Assembly (NCBI RefSeq): GCF_009914755.1
Contig: NC_060935.1
DNA length: 64,000 nucleotides
Reading direction: 5' to 3' (one strand)
Source of the DNA: the human T2T-CHM13v2.0 reference genome, Homo sapiens
Shown here one piece after another: positions 41,429-55,115 of the stretch (positions are counted from its first letter, which is position 1; each line of letters starts with the position of its first letter). The notes below the pieces were generated by a model. That model was not told where the DNA came from and made no database searches. It saw nothing but the letters and a program-made list of their open reading frames with translations. The translations under genes were made by a program, and so were the position numbers.

Positions 41429-42819
41429 TATGTTTTAAACTAGTAAGGTATATATTATCATTTTTCTCTCCCAAATATATCATGAGATATGGTTAAATCA
41501 GTTCAAATGACATTTTGGGAGAAAGGGCAGAATATGCCCAGTGATGAGTAAGACTTAGTTTCTGCCCCCAAAGCATCTTACAGACTAATGGAAGAGATAG
41601 ATTGGTAACAAGACATTCCAACACACTACGGTAAGTGCAGTGCTGGAGGTGAGCCTGATGGGTAGCTCTGGTTGAGAAAAATCTTCCTGCAGGTGACCCC
41701 TAAGCTAAGGAAAAATCATGTGTCTCATTCTTTTTCATCCATGAGAGCACCTAGCATACTGCAACTGATATAGTTGGCGCTTAATACATACTTCAATGAA
41801 TGAATGAATTAATTAATCAATCATATTGCCACCAACCAGATCATCCAAAACCTTACCAAGTTCAAGGATGCTCTATGTTAGAATCTCATTATAATATTCT
41901 AAAATGTAAGTTGATATAATCTAGATAGTGCATAGGAAAGAAACACAGAATTTGGAATCTGAAGAATAATTTTTAGTCCTAACTTTGCCTTCACTTAGCC
42001 CTGGGACTTTGGATAAGAAAGAGATGGAGAAGGACACATCTAAGAGCAAAGGAAGTGGTTCAGCCTGTCAGCTCTAAAACTGTGATTCTGGGATTCCCTC
42101 TTTAGATCTCATCTATGGAGCATTATTTATAACATCCAGAGTGCTAAAAGGAGCTCATTGTTCTATATAAGGTAGTAATTCCTGAAAAGGGCCTAAAAAT
42201 TCTAATAATAACCACAAAATAAATGTTTGTTGAATTGAAGGAGTAGTATAATGTAGAGGTTCCAATGAATTTTATTCATTCATTCAAAAGTATTATTTAA
42301 CTAGTACTAAGTGTCAGGCTAGGGGCCAGGTAATGATATATTGATATCTGTATTCAAAGGAACGTATACATGTATATATTTAATTTTTTAAAAGTTTAAA
42401 TATATTTCTCCTAAGAACTTTCTAAAAGGCTTTTTAAACTTTTCAACCTAAGTGTTCTGTTGCCACAGTCTCGTGTTAGCAATGTTCTATGGAAAGGAAT
42501 TCCATCTAATGCTTTTAGTGCTAGGCTCTTATATCTGAACCATGTGGTTATTGTAGTTGACAAAACCCAAAAATAGCTTTATAAAATGCAGCCTCTTTAT
42601 TCCCCTTAGAATTTGAAATGTTTTAATATAGTTTATACTTCACTTCCAGCTTTGGGGAATGTAAGTATATTTTACAATTCTCTCTGAATTAAAGCCCATC
42701 TCTGTATCAATCCAGGTTTCCTTCTTAGCCTTTTCTACAGCCTAAAAGATAATAGAGTTCAAATATATAAAAGAATGTCAGTCCAAATCTCTCCTCTCTG
42801 CCTTGGCCTTAGTTTCCAA

Positions 42820-42973
42820 AGAATCATAGAATATAAACAGTAAAATGATCACAGCAGTGATTTAATCCAACTCGTTTATTTTACACATAAAGAATAAGGC
42901 CTAGAGGCATGAAGTGATTACCCAATGTCACCAGCTAATTACTAGTGGGGTTGAGACCATAACCCCAAGTCTC
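42820..42973 (-). mobile_element. MIR3-like SINE (probable donor of the 45275-45399 copy)
   Basis: gaatcatagaat...atccaactc...attttacacataaagaa...aagtgattacccaatgtcac. Confidence 0.7.
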
Positions 42974-43129
42974 CCTCTGTGCCAACTACTCACCTCTGCG
43001 GTGGTAGTGCAAAAGCAGCCATAGACAATATATAAACAAAGAAATGTGCCTGTGTTTCAATAATACTTTGTTTACAAACACAGACAGTGGGTCAGATGTG
43101 GCCAGTGGGCCATAGTTTGCCAATTCCTG
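42974..43129 (+). mobile_element. MER58A (hAT-Charlie), 3' part
   Basis: caactactcacctctgc...aaagcagccatagacaata...ggccatagtttgccaattcctg. Confidence 0.85.
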
Positions 43130-45274
43130 GTCTAGACTTGTATTTGCTATTCCTGATCCTAGAAACCCTCTTCCTCTGATTGTCAGGGTTGAGAATGAAA
43201 GCTACCATCCTTCTTCCCTTGTTGTAAGAACAACATCATGTGAATGCTATACATTCATTCCACAGATACCTACTAAACACCTACTTGATGGGAAAAAAAA
43301 AAACAATGTAACAAAATTAGCTGAAATAATAGTAACAGTGTATTTTATCTGTTGAGTACTTACTATGCCCAAATTACCAGGAAAAGTGCTTATATATGTG
43401 TGTATATGCCTCTCATTATTCTTATAAAACCCATGTTACTTCCAAGGAAAGCAAGGCCCAGTAGGGCTAGGAAACTCATGTAAAAGCACTCAGGCCAAAA
43501 GTCCTAGAGCTAGAGCTAGGATTTGAATCCAGATCTTCATGGCTCTTACCACTGCCATCTACTGACTTCCTGAGATTGGGGGTGTAGGAAGGAAAGTTAT
43601 ATCCCTGGGTTGCCTTCAGTTAGTACCAGGGATCCCTCTCTCTATTCCTGAACTTCTCTCTTGTTTGGCAGTAATTTGTATACACATAGACAACCAAGAA
43701 TGATGCAGGTTATTGAATCAAAGTAATTACAGAAAATCACAGTGGTATATTAGTCTAGCTTTCAAAAGAAGGTGGAGAGCCAAACTATAGACATGTTTAA
43801 AAATAAGATAGCAATCAATCTCTCAATATGTATGATTCATGCAGTCTGACCAGCACAGTGCCAGGTACTGCTGCTCACACAAGCAAGATTTTCGAGCCCT
43901 GAGATTGAGGGTTGACTCTTCAGCTACTTAGCTGAAAGAATTTAGACCACTACCTCAGACTTCAATGGTTACATACTCTTTTAATAAAATAAGAACATTT
44001 TATTAAACTCTCACCAAGGCCCCTTCTGGCTCCAGCAGTCTAGTTAGTGAGTCTACCAGAAAGGTGAAGTGCAACACAAGCAGCCCGTCTGGGGTTGGAA
44101 AGGTCTTTAAAGAACTACCCCTGCTACATAAGGTTTTTGTGAAGGATCTTTCTAGGGAACAAAATTTAACAAGGAGCACCTGACTTTGATGCAAGGGTAT
44201 GCAACTGCATTTGCATGAATACACATATGTGCATATTTGCCCAACACTATAATGTTGCTCCCTGAAAATGGAGGGTAAAAGTAGACTGAACAACAGGTCT
44301 TCTCCAGCTAAGACATAAGGAGGGAAAGAAATAGAGGTGAGTACATCAGGGGCACCATTGAATAATAAACTAAAACACCACTGATTATGGGAGAAATGTC
44401 AGATTCATATAAATTTTTAAAAGAAGATGAAATAGAATGGCTGTAAGCTCACTGTCCGTGGAAAGATTCAAATAGCAGCTGGACAATAACATTTTTGAAA
44501 ATTATGTAAAGGAAATTCAGGTACCAGATAACAGTATAGCCAGATAGTAACCAAGATTCCTTCTGCCTCTGAAATTGTGTGACCTTAGGAAGTATGAAGA
44601 GATTTGTTGGCTCATTCCCTGCACTGACAAATCAAGTGTAGAAGCATTCCAGTGATCATCTGGGTTTAGCTCCCTCTCCCATGGAGTATCATGAGCACTT
44701 AACACAGCCTTTCTACAGTCCCAAAGGACATTTTCTCCTGCCTTAGGGCTTAGGCAGCTCTACAATTATTTATTTGTTCAACATGTGTGCAGTGACCTTG
44801 AACTCATTGTGTTTTTCACGTAAGATAGATAGTGCCTGAGAGCTACAAAGGTGGCTCCATGGAGTTCCCAGCCCAGTGCTCTCCAACTTCCTGTTCACAA
44901 TCCACAAATCCTTTGATTGCCATTTGGAGTTTTCCTCTGAGTAATCAGAACCCTCAGTAAAATGACTTACCTCCCTTGTCACTGAAGTGTAAGAGGCGGA
45001 TTAAATATTCTTTCACTCATTTAACAAATTGTATTGTACCTTCCATGTGACAGGCATGGTGCAAACCACTGGGAATACAGGAGCTACTTGCAATTAGCCT
45101 TACCTATCCTTGCTTCACAACATTAGTGTTGTGATTGATAATGCCTTGCATCTGGATCTCTGTGTACACAATGCCAGGACTCAGACATCATTCCAATATT
45201 CAACAGAGAGAAGTATCACTGCTGGAGCCAAGTGTGATGAGATGAAATGGAATGCAGTGTCAGCAGTAAGAGTC

Positions 45275-45399
45275 TGATCACAGGAATGATTTAATCCAAC
45301 TCCTCTATTTTACAGATAAAGAATAAGGCCTAGAGGAATGAAGTGATTACCCAATGTCACTAGCTAACTACTAGTGGGGTTGAGTGAGACTATAACCCC
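45275..45399 (+). repeat. Direct duplicate of 42846-42966
   Basis: Manual alignment: 9 substitutions and one 4-bp indel in ~121 bp. Confidence 0.92.
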
Positions 45400-47557
45400 G
45401 TGGGGGTTACACTCTCCTCCACCAGGTACATCTTTGTTTCTAACTCTTTTATTTAACTGCTTTCAGAGGCTTAGCAATAAGTTGCCCAACTTTATCTGTG
45501 ACTAAGCTCTCAGATGTCTTTATTAAAGTCCATTGTTTGGACTCTATTTTGGAGCTTGTCCATTTCTCCATGCAGATTATCCAACTGAGCATCCAACTCG
45601 AAACTTTCTAGAAAGGCCATGATGCCCACCTCCAGTTATCATATGCTCTGACTTCTCTCTCAGTAGATTTCCCTTTACACAATTCCTAAAAGAATAAAGC
45701 TGGGGTGAAAACCACAATAATAGTAACAATAACAACAGCGGCACATATTGTCCATTGATACTCAACACATCATACCTGTACTTCTAAGCTGTCAACTCTA
45801 CTGCAAGGGCCGAAAACCCAGAACCTGGTATTTTCCACATTTGCTTCCTCCAATATTTGTGTTTGATCAAGTGGGCACTTGCACAAGATTTATAAAACAT
45901 AAAAGAAAAAGGAAACCATTATTTTCAGCTATGTGCAGGCAAGTGTGCGTTAACAGGTAGAGTGTTTTTCCAGAAGCTTTCTGGCATATACTTGATAATC
46001 ACTCACTTCCATGATCCTGGCAGTCAAGACCACAGGCAGAGGCTCCTCTGTGATCCCTGGACATCTGTATATTCTGAAATCCAACAGTGATCTTCCTAAG
46101 TATCCTGTCCCAGGCTGTTCCAAGTTGTATAAGTCTCTCTCTCTGTTAAATCCCTTCCTTCCTGAATGTCCTAAGTGGCTTCAGTTTCCCTAACAGAACT
46201 GCATGGAAGATTATAACAACTAACTCACATAAGTAGATCATATTATTGAGTCATACTATTTGTCAGGTAGTCTTCTAAATGCTTTATGAGTATTTTCTTG
46301 CTTATTCTTCATGACTAATTATTAGCCTCATTTGTTGATGAAGAAATTGGGAACAGAGATGTGAAGCAACTTCCTCCACAAGGTCTCCCAGGAGCTGAAT
46401 GGAAAAGCCGAGAGGAAGCAAAGGGCGTCTGAAATCTAGACAGAGCCAGATTAGTCACCTAGACTGTCTGGGATGAACCATCCCTTGGAGAAGGTGCCGG
46501 GAGAAAGTCTAGGCAGGCAGACAGGACATAGGATCCAGAAAACTGTAGTCCAGGAAGAGGTACAAGGGTCAGTTTCAGAGGAGGTAAAACGGAAGATACA
46601 GATAGGCAAAGAGGCAGTTAGCATCAGTGAGGCCTGGCAACATGAAGCAAGACACCAATTGCTAAAATAGGACATAGGGCTGGGACTATAGATACCCGCA
46701 GGGCTCATCTAAACTATCAAAAGTGTAAGTCTTGAGGAAACTTCGGCACCAGGCCAGCTAGCCAAGCAGGGACTCAATACGGGTAATAAGACAATAATTT
46801 GAAGTGGAACATAGGGTCAGAGCAGAACAATGCCTACTGGAAGATAGGAAGCCTTCAAAATATAAAATGTGATGTCATGCCTTAGCATGTTCTTAGCTAG
46901 CTCTCCTTAAACCATTCTGAAATTAAACCAAATTGTTATCAGTGTCAAGTAAGAAAACGGGCTTAGAGGTGAATGTCAAGAGGTCTCTATTTTGGAGTTT
47001 ATAAAAATGAAAGGATAGGAATTAGAGAACTTACTCCTGTATCATGCTACCTTACTCTTTTCCCTTATCTTCCCTTACCTTTTAGCCATTCTCTTGTCGT
47101 AGAAAGAACCATGGCTACACAAGACCTAAGGAGTGGAAGCTACAACGGGGTGTATTATGTGGGGTTCCTGCATATTCATTCAACTGCTTTACTCAGGAGG
47201 TGTATGCAGGAGAAGGAAGTGAGTGAAGTGGGATAAAGCAATGAGGGGAAAGCCAAATGGTCTCAACTAGAGACTACCTTCATTTTGGTGTCACAGAGAA
47301 GCTCCGAAGAACAAATTATACCACAGACTTAGTCCCACCTTGAAGTGAGTGGGCTGGACCTCTTCATCACTATACCAGTGAGTCTTTAGCTGAATGTTGT
47401 CCCTAAAGGAGTGAGGAGGGATAGCTTACAAGGTGAGGTGGGTTTTTTTTAGTCTAATACAAGTCTACAAAGAAAGAGACAGCTGTAAATTATTTTCAGC
47501 TAATGTTCCCAGCAGGTGGGTTATGGATACACTGGTTAATTTAAAACATCTGAGCAA

Positions 47558-48212
47558 CCTCAAGATTGTGGAGAAAAAAAAATGCTTTTAAACTGTTGGT
47601 GGGAGTGTGAATTAGTTCAACTGTTGTGGAAGGTAGTGTGGTGATTCCTCAAAGATCTCCAGGCAGAAATACCATTTGACCCAGCAATCCTATTATTGGA
47701 CATATACCCAAAGGAATACAAATCATTATACTATAAAGACACATGCATGCATATGTTCACTGCAGCATTATTCACAGTAGCAAAGACATGGAATCAACCT
47801 AAATGCCCATCAATGATAGGCTGGATAAAGAAAATGTGGTACATATATACCATGGAATACTATGCAGCCATAAAAAGGAATGAGACCATGTCCTTTGCAG
47901 AGACATGGATGGAGTTGGCAGCCATTATCCTCAGCAAACTAATGCAGGAACAGAAACCAAACACTGCATGTTCTCACTTATAAGTGGGAGCTGAATGATG
48001 AGAACGCATGCACACATGGTGGAGAACAACACACACTGGGGCCTGTTCAGTGGTGGAGGGAGGGAGAGCATCAAAAGAATAGCTAATGCATGCTAGGTTT
48101 AAAACCTACGTGATGGGATGATCTTTGCAGCAAACCACCATGGTACATGTTTACCTATTTAACAAACCTGCACATCCTGCACATGTAGCCCTGAACTTAA
48201 AAATTGAAGAGA
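47558..48212 (+). mobile_element. 5'-truncated L1PA8A-like LINE-1 inserted in the ERVL 3' LTR
   Basis: ORF2 C-terminus (ORF 47696-47983) and 3'UTR; TSD aaaa(c/a)atctgagcaa at 47543-47557 and 48213-48227; tt/aaaa target site. Confidence 0.9.
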
Positions 48213-49575
48213 AAAAAATCTGAGCAAGGCAAGAGACCACTACATGATTGCAGCCACTAAAATCGACCCCTTGCACCACTTAGATCCATTTGTTTCTTCC
48301 ATTAAATTCACTCTATTGAGGTATAGCTTCTCCAGAATTCTGATGATCCCAATTTCTTTGGGATCGTTTACAAGAGGATAGTCAACTGGGATAAATTACA
48401 GCCTTTGCTGCTGCTGTTAAAGCATAACTGATATTAATTACCCCTAACTTCTAAAAACATTTTAAATTTCCCTCCCCTTGGGCCAGCACCTCTACCAGTC
48501 TAGGTGACTTGTCTGATGGGTTCCCCCAAATGTTTAGCCCTAGGGTGTCTGAAACCCTGGTTACTATGCTCTCATTAGGCCATGATTATTCTATTTTCCA
48601 ATTTGCAGTTACAAATAGTCATGAGAGTATCAAGAGATGCCCAAGTGAATTATCTCTATGCTAAATATATTTCTCCTTGACTTCATTATGTAGGAGCAAC
48701 TCTACAACCTCATGATAATCAGGGTTAAATATCCCCACCACTACAGCAACTCTTTTCTTTGGTTGATAGTCAACAGGGTTGAGGGTAGCTAGCACAAGGT
48801 GGAAGCCATAGCTTTACATTAGGAATACATTTACTGTGTCCCCTGGTGGAAGCATCCCCCTCTTGGACCTAAGACCTCTAAACCCGCAGCACAAACATTT
48901 TCAAAAATTAGATGTAAAAACATCATAATTTTTAAAATATTGGGAGTGAATATTAATGGTGCCACTTCTACTCTCACCCCTTGTTTCTGAGACTGATATA
49001 TTCTACTTATTGGTTATTATCATGCTTAATGGTTTAAAATGTACACCGACAGCTCCTTATCTTTTCATGGTATCTTCTCAAAGCTAGTGCTTCAGCTGTG
49101 GCAGCAACAGGTTATTTCATTGCTCTACAATGTCATGAATTTCAGGATTAGGATGTGAGCTAGGACCAATGGATGCCACAGCAATTTGCTCACAACCACA
49201 TCTCCTTTTCTGTAAAGTGGGCAATGTTATATGGGATTCCATGTTGTTAGATCAGTTATCCCATTTTTCCCACTTCATCGTTTGATTCACATGGCTCTTT
49301 CTCTGTACTTTTCGTCCCCAGGTGTCCAACCTTGCTCCTTCCAAAGTTTCAACTCTGACCAACTAACTAAGCCATTTACCATTGCCCATAAGTCTATGTA
49401 GATCCTTAGTCCAAACCACTTTTCTGTACACAGAAAGTGGAAAATCAGGTTCAAGTACCTGAGCTCTTCCCATTGTCCCTATGGAATTGTGGCACTGTTG
49501 TTGCATGTATAGGCAACAGAAATCAATGGGAGGTTTGCCTGACTTTTTCAGTGGCATTTTAGGGCCTGCTTCTAT

Positions 49576-49646
<71 letters not shown>
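49576..49646. repeat. Compound (CT)n(GT)n microsatellite
   Basis: Seen directly in the sequence. Confidence 0.97.
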
Positions 49647-49647
<1 letters not shown>

Positions 49648-52600
49648 TCTGCCATTTTCCTTCTCCCGCTTTATCTACTTTCATTCAAATACATAAATGG
49701 AAAGGGTTTCCACTCCCCACTGTATTTTAGGGGCTCTCCTGAGTGAGGCTGTCATGCAGCAACAGCTCATGTGTGGTTCATATCCACATACCATGCCAGC
49801 CCATCCATTAACCAAATTCGACTTTTTCCCCCTTCATCAGCTGGTCATGGGGAGCCCCCAGCATGAGGGCCTACATGTGAGCCAAGGAAACAGCAGCAGT
49901 ACAAGATGTGACATTGGGGTCTGGGTCTCCTGTTGTGTAGTTTACTTGTGCCCTTTGGGCCTTCTCAAGCCTGATGCTAGAGGCACCACTTCCATTTAAT
50001 GACGAAGTATATCTGGGCTTTCTCATCTCAGCATCTCACACAGGACAGAACACATCTCTTGATCTATAGCTCTGGCCACACGATCCCTTGATAAATCATA
50101 GTCAGATAATCAATTTCAATCAGGTCCTAAAATCTTGTCAGGAGAAGTTTTAGAATGATATAGCTCTCTGCATATCTTTCTCAACTCTGCCCCCAACCAA
50201 AGCTAGAAATATAGGAGTATTTCCATGTTTGGAATATGCTACCTCCAAAATTCAAAGGGGACTCTGAAGTGCTCTGCTTCTTTCTTAGTGGAGAAGGAAC
50301 AAGGTGAAATAATTTGTCCTTTACTTTCATAGAGATGTACTCGCATGCCTAGACCACTGGGTTCCTATAATCTTCTTCAATATGGCAGATCCTGAATCTT
50401 TGTAAGATTCAGCACCCATCTTCTTGGGTGCATGTTTCAATCCAAGGCATCCAAATTACTTGCTACTTACTGTTTATCAGGTCAAATTAACAAGGCATTA
50501 TTAATTTTGTAGACTAATATGATGTTTTCAATTGTCCAGACAGTTCAGGCCACATTGGAATAAATTATGGCAGAAAACATGAGAATTTAAAGCTCTGGAA
50601 CTACATTGTAAATGTATATTTTTGTTTTTAATGATCGTTCTTGATTAGTATGGAAAAGAACACAACTGCCAGATCAATAGCTTCACACCATGCATCAAAG
50701 TCTGTGTTAATCTTCTCTAATAAATCTACCACATCAAATATAATAATTGCAATTGGGACTGCTTTTTGTTTACATAAAGATGGTTCACTGTTACCCGTCA
50801 TGATATATTGGTTTTCATAGGGTCCAGGATGATGAAATAAAAAGGGATATGATGGGGACTGCCAACAAGGATGGCACTAAATGCTGTTATTCCAGGATGT
50901 GTTCCTATTTTTATTTACTTGAGGAGGCAGTTTTGGGACCTTCAACTTGACCTTTCTTTTAACAGTTCTTAGTTGTACAGAACACAGAACCAGTGTAGGG
51001 ATTCTGTCAACTGCTAAATGCCTCTTCCAATTATATATTTGGGAAACAGTGTCCTGATCAGGTAAGCCTGTGGATCTCAGTGAATCTATTTGTTTTCTAA
51101 CATCCACCACATGCCCATTCTATCAGAGGGACCATGACAGCAAATATCAATGTCAACTCAGAGTCTCTATCCGAAAGCTCTCGAAAGATCTAAACATTCC
51201 CCTTGTTCCACTATATTGTGTATACTCAAGTAAAAAGCCGAAGAACTTCAGGAGTTATTACTGTGTACACTTGCCATTATGTTTCAGATTCTTTATCATG
51301 GGGACCCACCTATTCATCAACTGATTGTCTTGGAGCATGAGAACTATCCCAGGTGTCAAAAAAGAGACTATGACTTCTGTTGTGGCAGCCAATGTCAATC
51401 TTTTGCTCACCAATTTATGATCTCTTAATTTTATCTATTAAGCAATATATGTATTGGCTGACCTCCTTTCATGCCTTTGAAAACACCATGTTCTAGAACT
51501 CTCTCCACAGATACCTTTGGGATAGGTCTCCTATCGGCTTGTCCAATCTTGTTCTCCATGACAGCAATTACACCTACCTTGCTTCTGATTGCAGATGCTG
51601 TCACCTGCCTGTTATACTATGATCCTATCATCTCTGTTGCTACCACAGAGCTCAAATATATAACAGGATCATCTACTGTTTGTTCCTGTCTGCATAGAGC
51701 AGCCACTAGGAGGCTATCAGGGATGCTGGTGCCTCCCTCACCAGCACATTCCCTATCACCTGGTAAACAGCGTCCTCTGGGCTTTCATGAAGAACATGGT
51801 CAGCTATTGTAGTCTCCTGTAGTGTTCTATTTTAGCATACTCACTTAGCTGGACATTTTTATATTCCTGTTTCCACAGAGAGCAATAGCAGTTCTGGCAT
51901 TCCTATTTTGTCTGACATGAACCACTGTTTACTTCCAAGATTTTTTAGCCATCCCCACACTCAGGGTTATTGCCAAGGTACTAAATACTGTGTCACAGTA
52001 AAGTGCCACACACACCCCCTGTCCTAACAAACTTTATATTGTATGCCCTTGATCTAGCTTCTTTAGGACCCACTCACAGATATGGTCTTTGATTCCCGGC
52101 CTATATATATTAGCATAGTCTTAAAGCTATTTTGGCATATAGTCTCTCTCCTACCTTAGTAAGAGAGTTGGGTTATACTGTAACTTAACTTCGGTTATGC
52201 ACATAGCGACCAGAGGAGGTAGGGCAGATCATGAGGCATCTTGAAAGGCAGGCAGGGGGCCTCATTTATGGCATCTCACAGTATTTAAGTCAGGAGGCTG
52301 GGTAGCAGTACTCTATCGCCAACAAAGTGAAGAAAGCTATTTCTGCAGGGCCAGGGAGTTCAGGGGAATTGGGGGATTCAAAGTTCTCAAAGGCATCTAC
52401 CAACTATCCCCACCCCAATTCTCAGAGTCCCACTCCTTCCCCATGAAGACGATTTTGGCATAGAAGACTTAGCTAGGCAGGGATTTCAGGCTTCTCTGAA
52501 GATCTGCTCTCTTCTAATTAAGTCCTGTTTTGACTCTCAGATGTACTTTCCCTCTGCAGGAGATGAGGGCTCGTTTTAAAAGCTTCCAAGGAAGTTTTCT

Positions 52601-53746
52601 GCCACTCACTTTGACTTAAATTGTTGTTATCTAGATCTGAAACTGTCATTATCTGTCTTACACGAATCAGTGTTGCTTAGGACAGCCACTTAATGCCATA
52701 GTCCTTAGAGTCGTTATTTACTGATACATCTCAAACACCCATCACGTTGCACTAGATAGCACATCCCTTCCACTTGGATCTATCCCACTTGACCTCAGGA
52801 GAACATCTTGGCAATTACACTGCTACTGCATGCCAGAGACTCTCAAGACTCCACTTAGCACAATGATGGGGTCCCCATTGCCATCCACCCAGTGGGGGAT
52901 CTAATTTCAGAATACCATCTCAGCATTGTTTGTGGTACCAACTGCCCTATGTCCACAAGCAGAGCCTGAGAGGGGAAATGGAGTGCTCTCAAGAGAGGGA
53001 GAGCAAGGGAATCAGTGACAAGGACAGGACAAATGCTAAGCAAGTATCTGACTTTGGACACCACAGAATTAGTCCTTCCTTGAGGCAACTGGACTGGCCT
53101 TTTTTTGCCAGTCTGTCACCATCTGAAGTCTACAGTAGGTGAGGAGGGTAGCACATAGCAATTTCTGCTCTCATTTACCAATGTATAATTCCTTAGAGAG
53201 AGAACAGCTGTAAGTTGTAATCACCAGCACTCACAGTAACTTGGGAATGATGTGCAGCAGAGAAAGGGAATCTGGGCTGGGCATCAACAGTAACCACTAT
53301 ATAAGAAAGTAGGATTCTGTGCAACAAAATTTAAAAGCTTCTAATATAATTAATCAATTGGTTATTAATAAGTAATCATTAATGATTGATAAATAAAATA
53401 ATAAATGTTTTAAAGTCAAATAAACAGCTGCTGGTATGGGATAAGTTCCTTGTCACTAGAAAAGTGCAATCAGCCCTGGCTGGTCATATGGAGCGGGCAA
53501 GAAGCAGGTTCAGTGGGCTTCAGGTCTCTTCCATGTCCAAGATGCTATTACTAAACTTCAGTTGCCAGGAAGAAAAATTAGGAAAAGGAGTGAGGAAATA
53601 TGAAAAATTGAGAAGGGAAAAAAAAAAAAACAAAATCAAAGCCCTAAAGAAGAGGGTATTTAGCTAAAGTCATTGGCCATGGACTAGGTTGGGGGTGTTT
53701 ATAAACCCCGGAGATGTTATGCTAAACTGTGTATAAAGGGAACATG

Positions 53747-54034
53747 GGCCAGGCACAGTGGCTCATGCCTGTAATCTCAGCAATTTGGGAAGCCAAAGTG
53801 GGTAGATCATTTGAGCTCAGGAGTTCCAGACCACCTTGGGCAACATAGCAAAACCTTGCCTCTAAAAAAATAAAAACAAAAAATTGGTAAGGTGGCATGC
53901 ACCCATGTTCCCAGCTACTCAGAAGGCTGAGTTGGGAGGATCCCTTGAGCTCAGGATGTTAAGGCTACAGTGAGCTGTGATTGCACCACTGCACTCCAGC
54001 CTGGGCAACAGAGCAAGACCCCATCTCAATAAAA
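53747..54034 (+). mobile_element. AluJ SINE
   Basis: Dimeric Alu with J-type features (ttgagctcaggag, ggaggatcccttgagc), highly diverged. Confidence 0.92.
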
Positions 54035-54789
54035 GTGAGGGAGGGAGGAGTGTGCATTTTGGTAGAAAACCAACCCATAGTTTTCTTCATATCCACAGAA
54101 GTGCAATGTCTGTGCAATAATCAGACATTAAGGGCACAGTGAGAGAGGAGATCTCTCTTAGAGAAACAAAATTCTTCATTGGGAACTCCCCTCACTTTCC
54201 ATACATCAGGGCTGAGCTTCCTTGCACTATTTGGAACATGTGTTGATTGAATTTCTATAAGAGAAGATTGAAATAAAAATGTCAGAGAATAAAGACTCCA
54301 CCTGAAATTCTGCATATGGCTTACAAGTTTTAGACTGACATTTTGCAGGCCTAGTTTTCTAATGGAGAAAAGACCAAAGTGATTAAGGACACTTCATTTG
54401 TCCTAAATCTGAAATGAAGCCATTCTTGGTGACTGCCCCCAACCCCTGCTATAACCCATTCCCTTGCCACATACGTTTTGACTCTTACTGGAGTGAGAGA
54501 AAGTTCAAATTTGGGAATAAAATTATAAGGAAGAATTGCCACAGAGAAGAGAAAATTTGTATTGTATAGATAACACATTTCTCTGGAATCCAATAAGCCC
54601 CAGCTCTGCGTCAACAGCACACAGAAAGAGGAAAAGATACTCAGTCCTTGTTACTTACTGAGCAGCTCCACTTCATGATTCATTGGTGAGCATGGGCCTG
54701 ACCTGCAGGACATGCCCTTCTGTGATTTTTATTAGGACAACATTGATTTGGTCTATTGGATAGACTCATGGAAGGGATTTTATGGTTAA

Positions 54790-55115
54790 TCTAAATGACT
54801 TCCTCGTTTTACCAATTAATAAGCTGAGACTCAGAGCAGAGAAGTGTCATGCTTGAAAATGGCAGAGGTGAACCTAGCCCTAGATAATATTGTATGGAAC
54901 TAAGAGCAAAGAGTCTGCAACCAGATTGCCTGGAGCCAAATACCAACTGCCGTTTATTGGCTGCATGACCTGCAGCAAGCCAGTAACCTCACAGTTTACT
55001 CCCAGGTACAATGGAGATAATGTTATTGTAGACACAACTGAGTGCTTGGAATGGCTTAGCACAGGTATGGTACATGGTGAGGGCTAAGTTAATGTTAGCT
55101 TTATTGTTGTTATTT
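54790..55115. mobile_element. Two back-to-back MIR SINEs
   Basis: Antisense piece at 54790-54880, then a near-complete sense MIR (taagagcaaagagtctgcaaccagattgcctgg...aatgttagctttattgtt). Confidence 0.65.

Larger units (their letters stand above)
47151..53301 (-). mobile_element. ERVL proviral fossil with two LTR16C-like LTRs (HERV16/ERV3-16A3-like internal region)
   Basis: Homologous LTRs at 47151-48244 (split by L1) and 52943-53301; PBS-like TGGTACCA just inside the 5' LTR (52933-52940); degenerate RT motif AIDLAVVFFSI on the minus strand at ~50640-50687. Confidence 0.78.

Noticed and set aside
44330-45110. Strong splice-donor-like motifs (gag|gtgagt on + at ~44336; gag|gtaagt on - at ~44970)
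   Set aside because: No convincing paired acceptor or recognisable reading frame
46460-46900. Purine-rich segment resembling an old LTR (also ~53400-53740)
   Set aside because: No termini, TSD or family could be assigned
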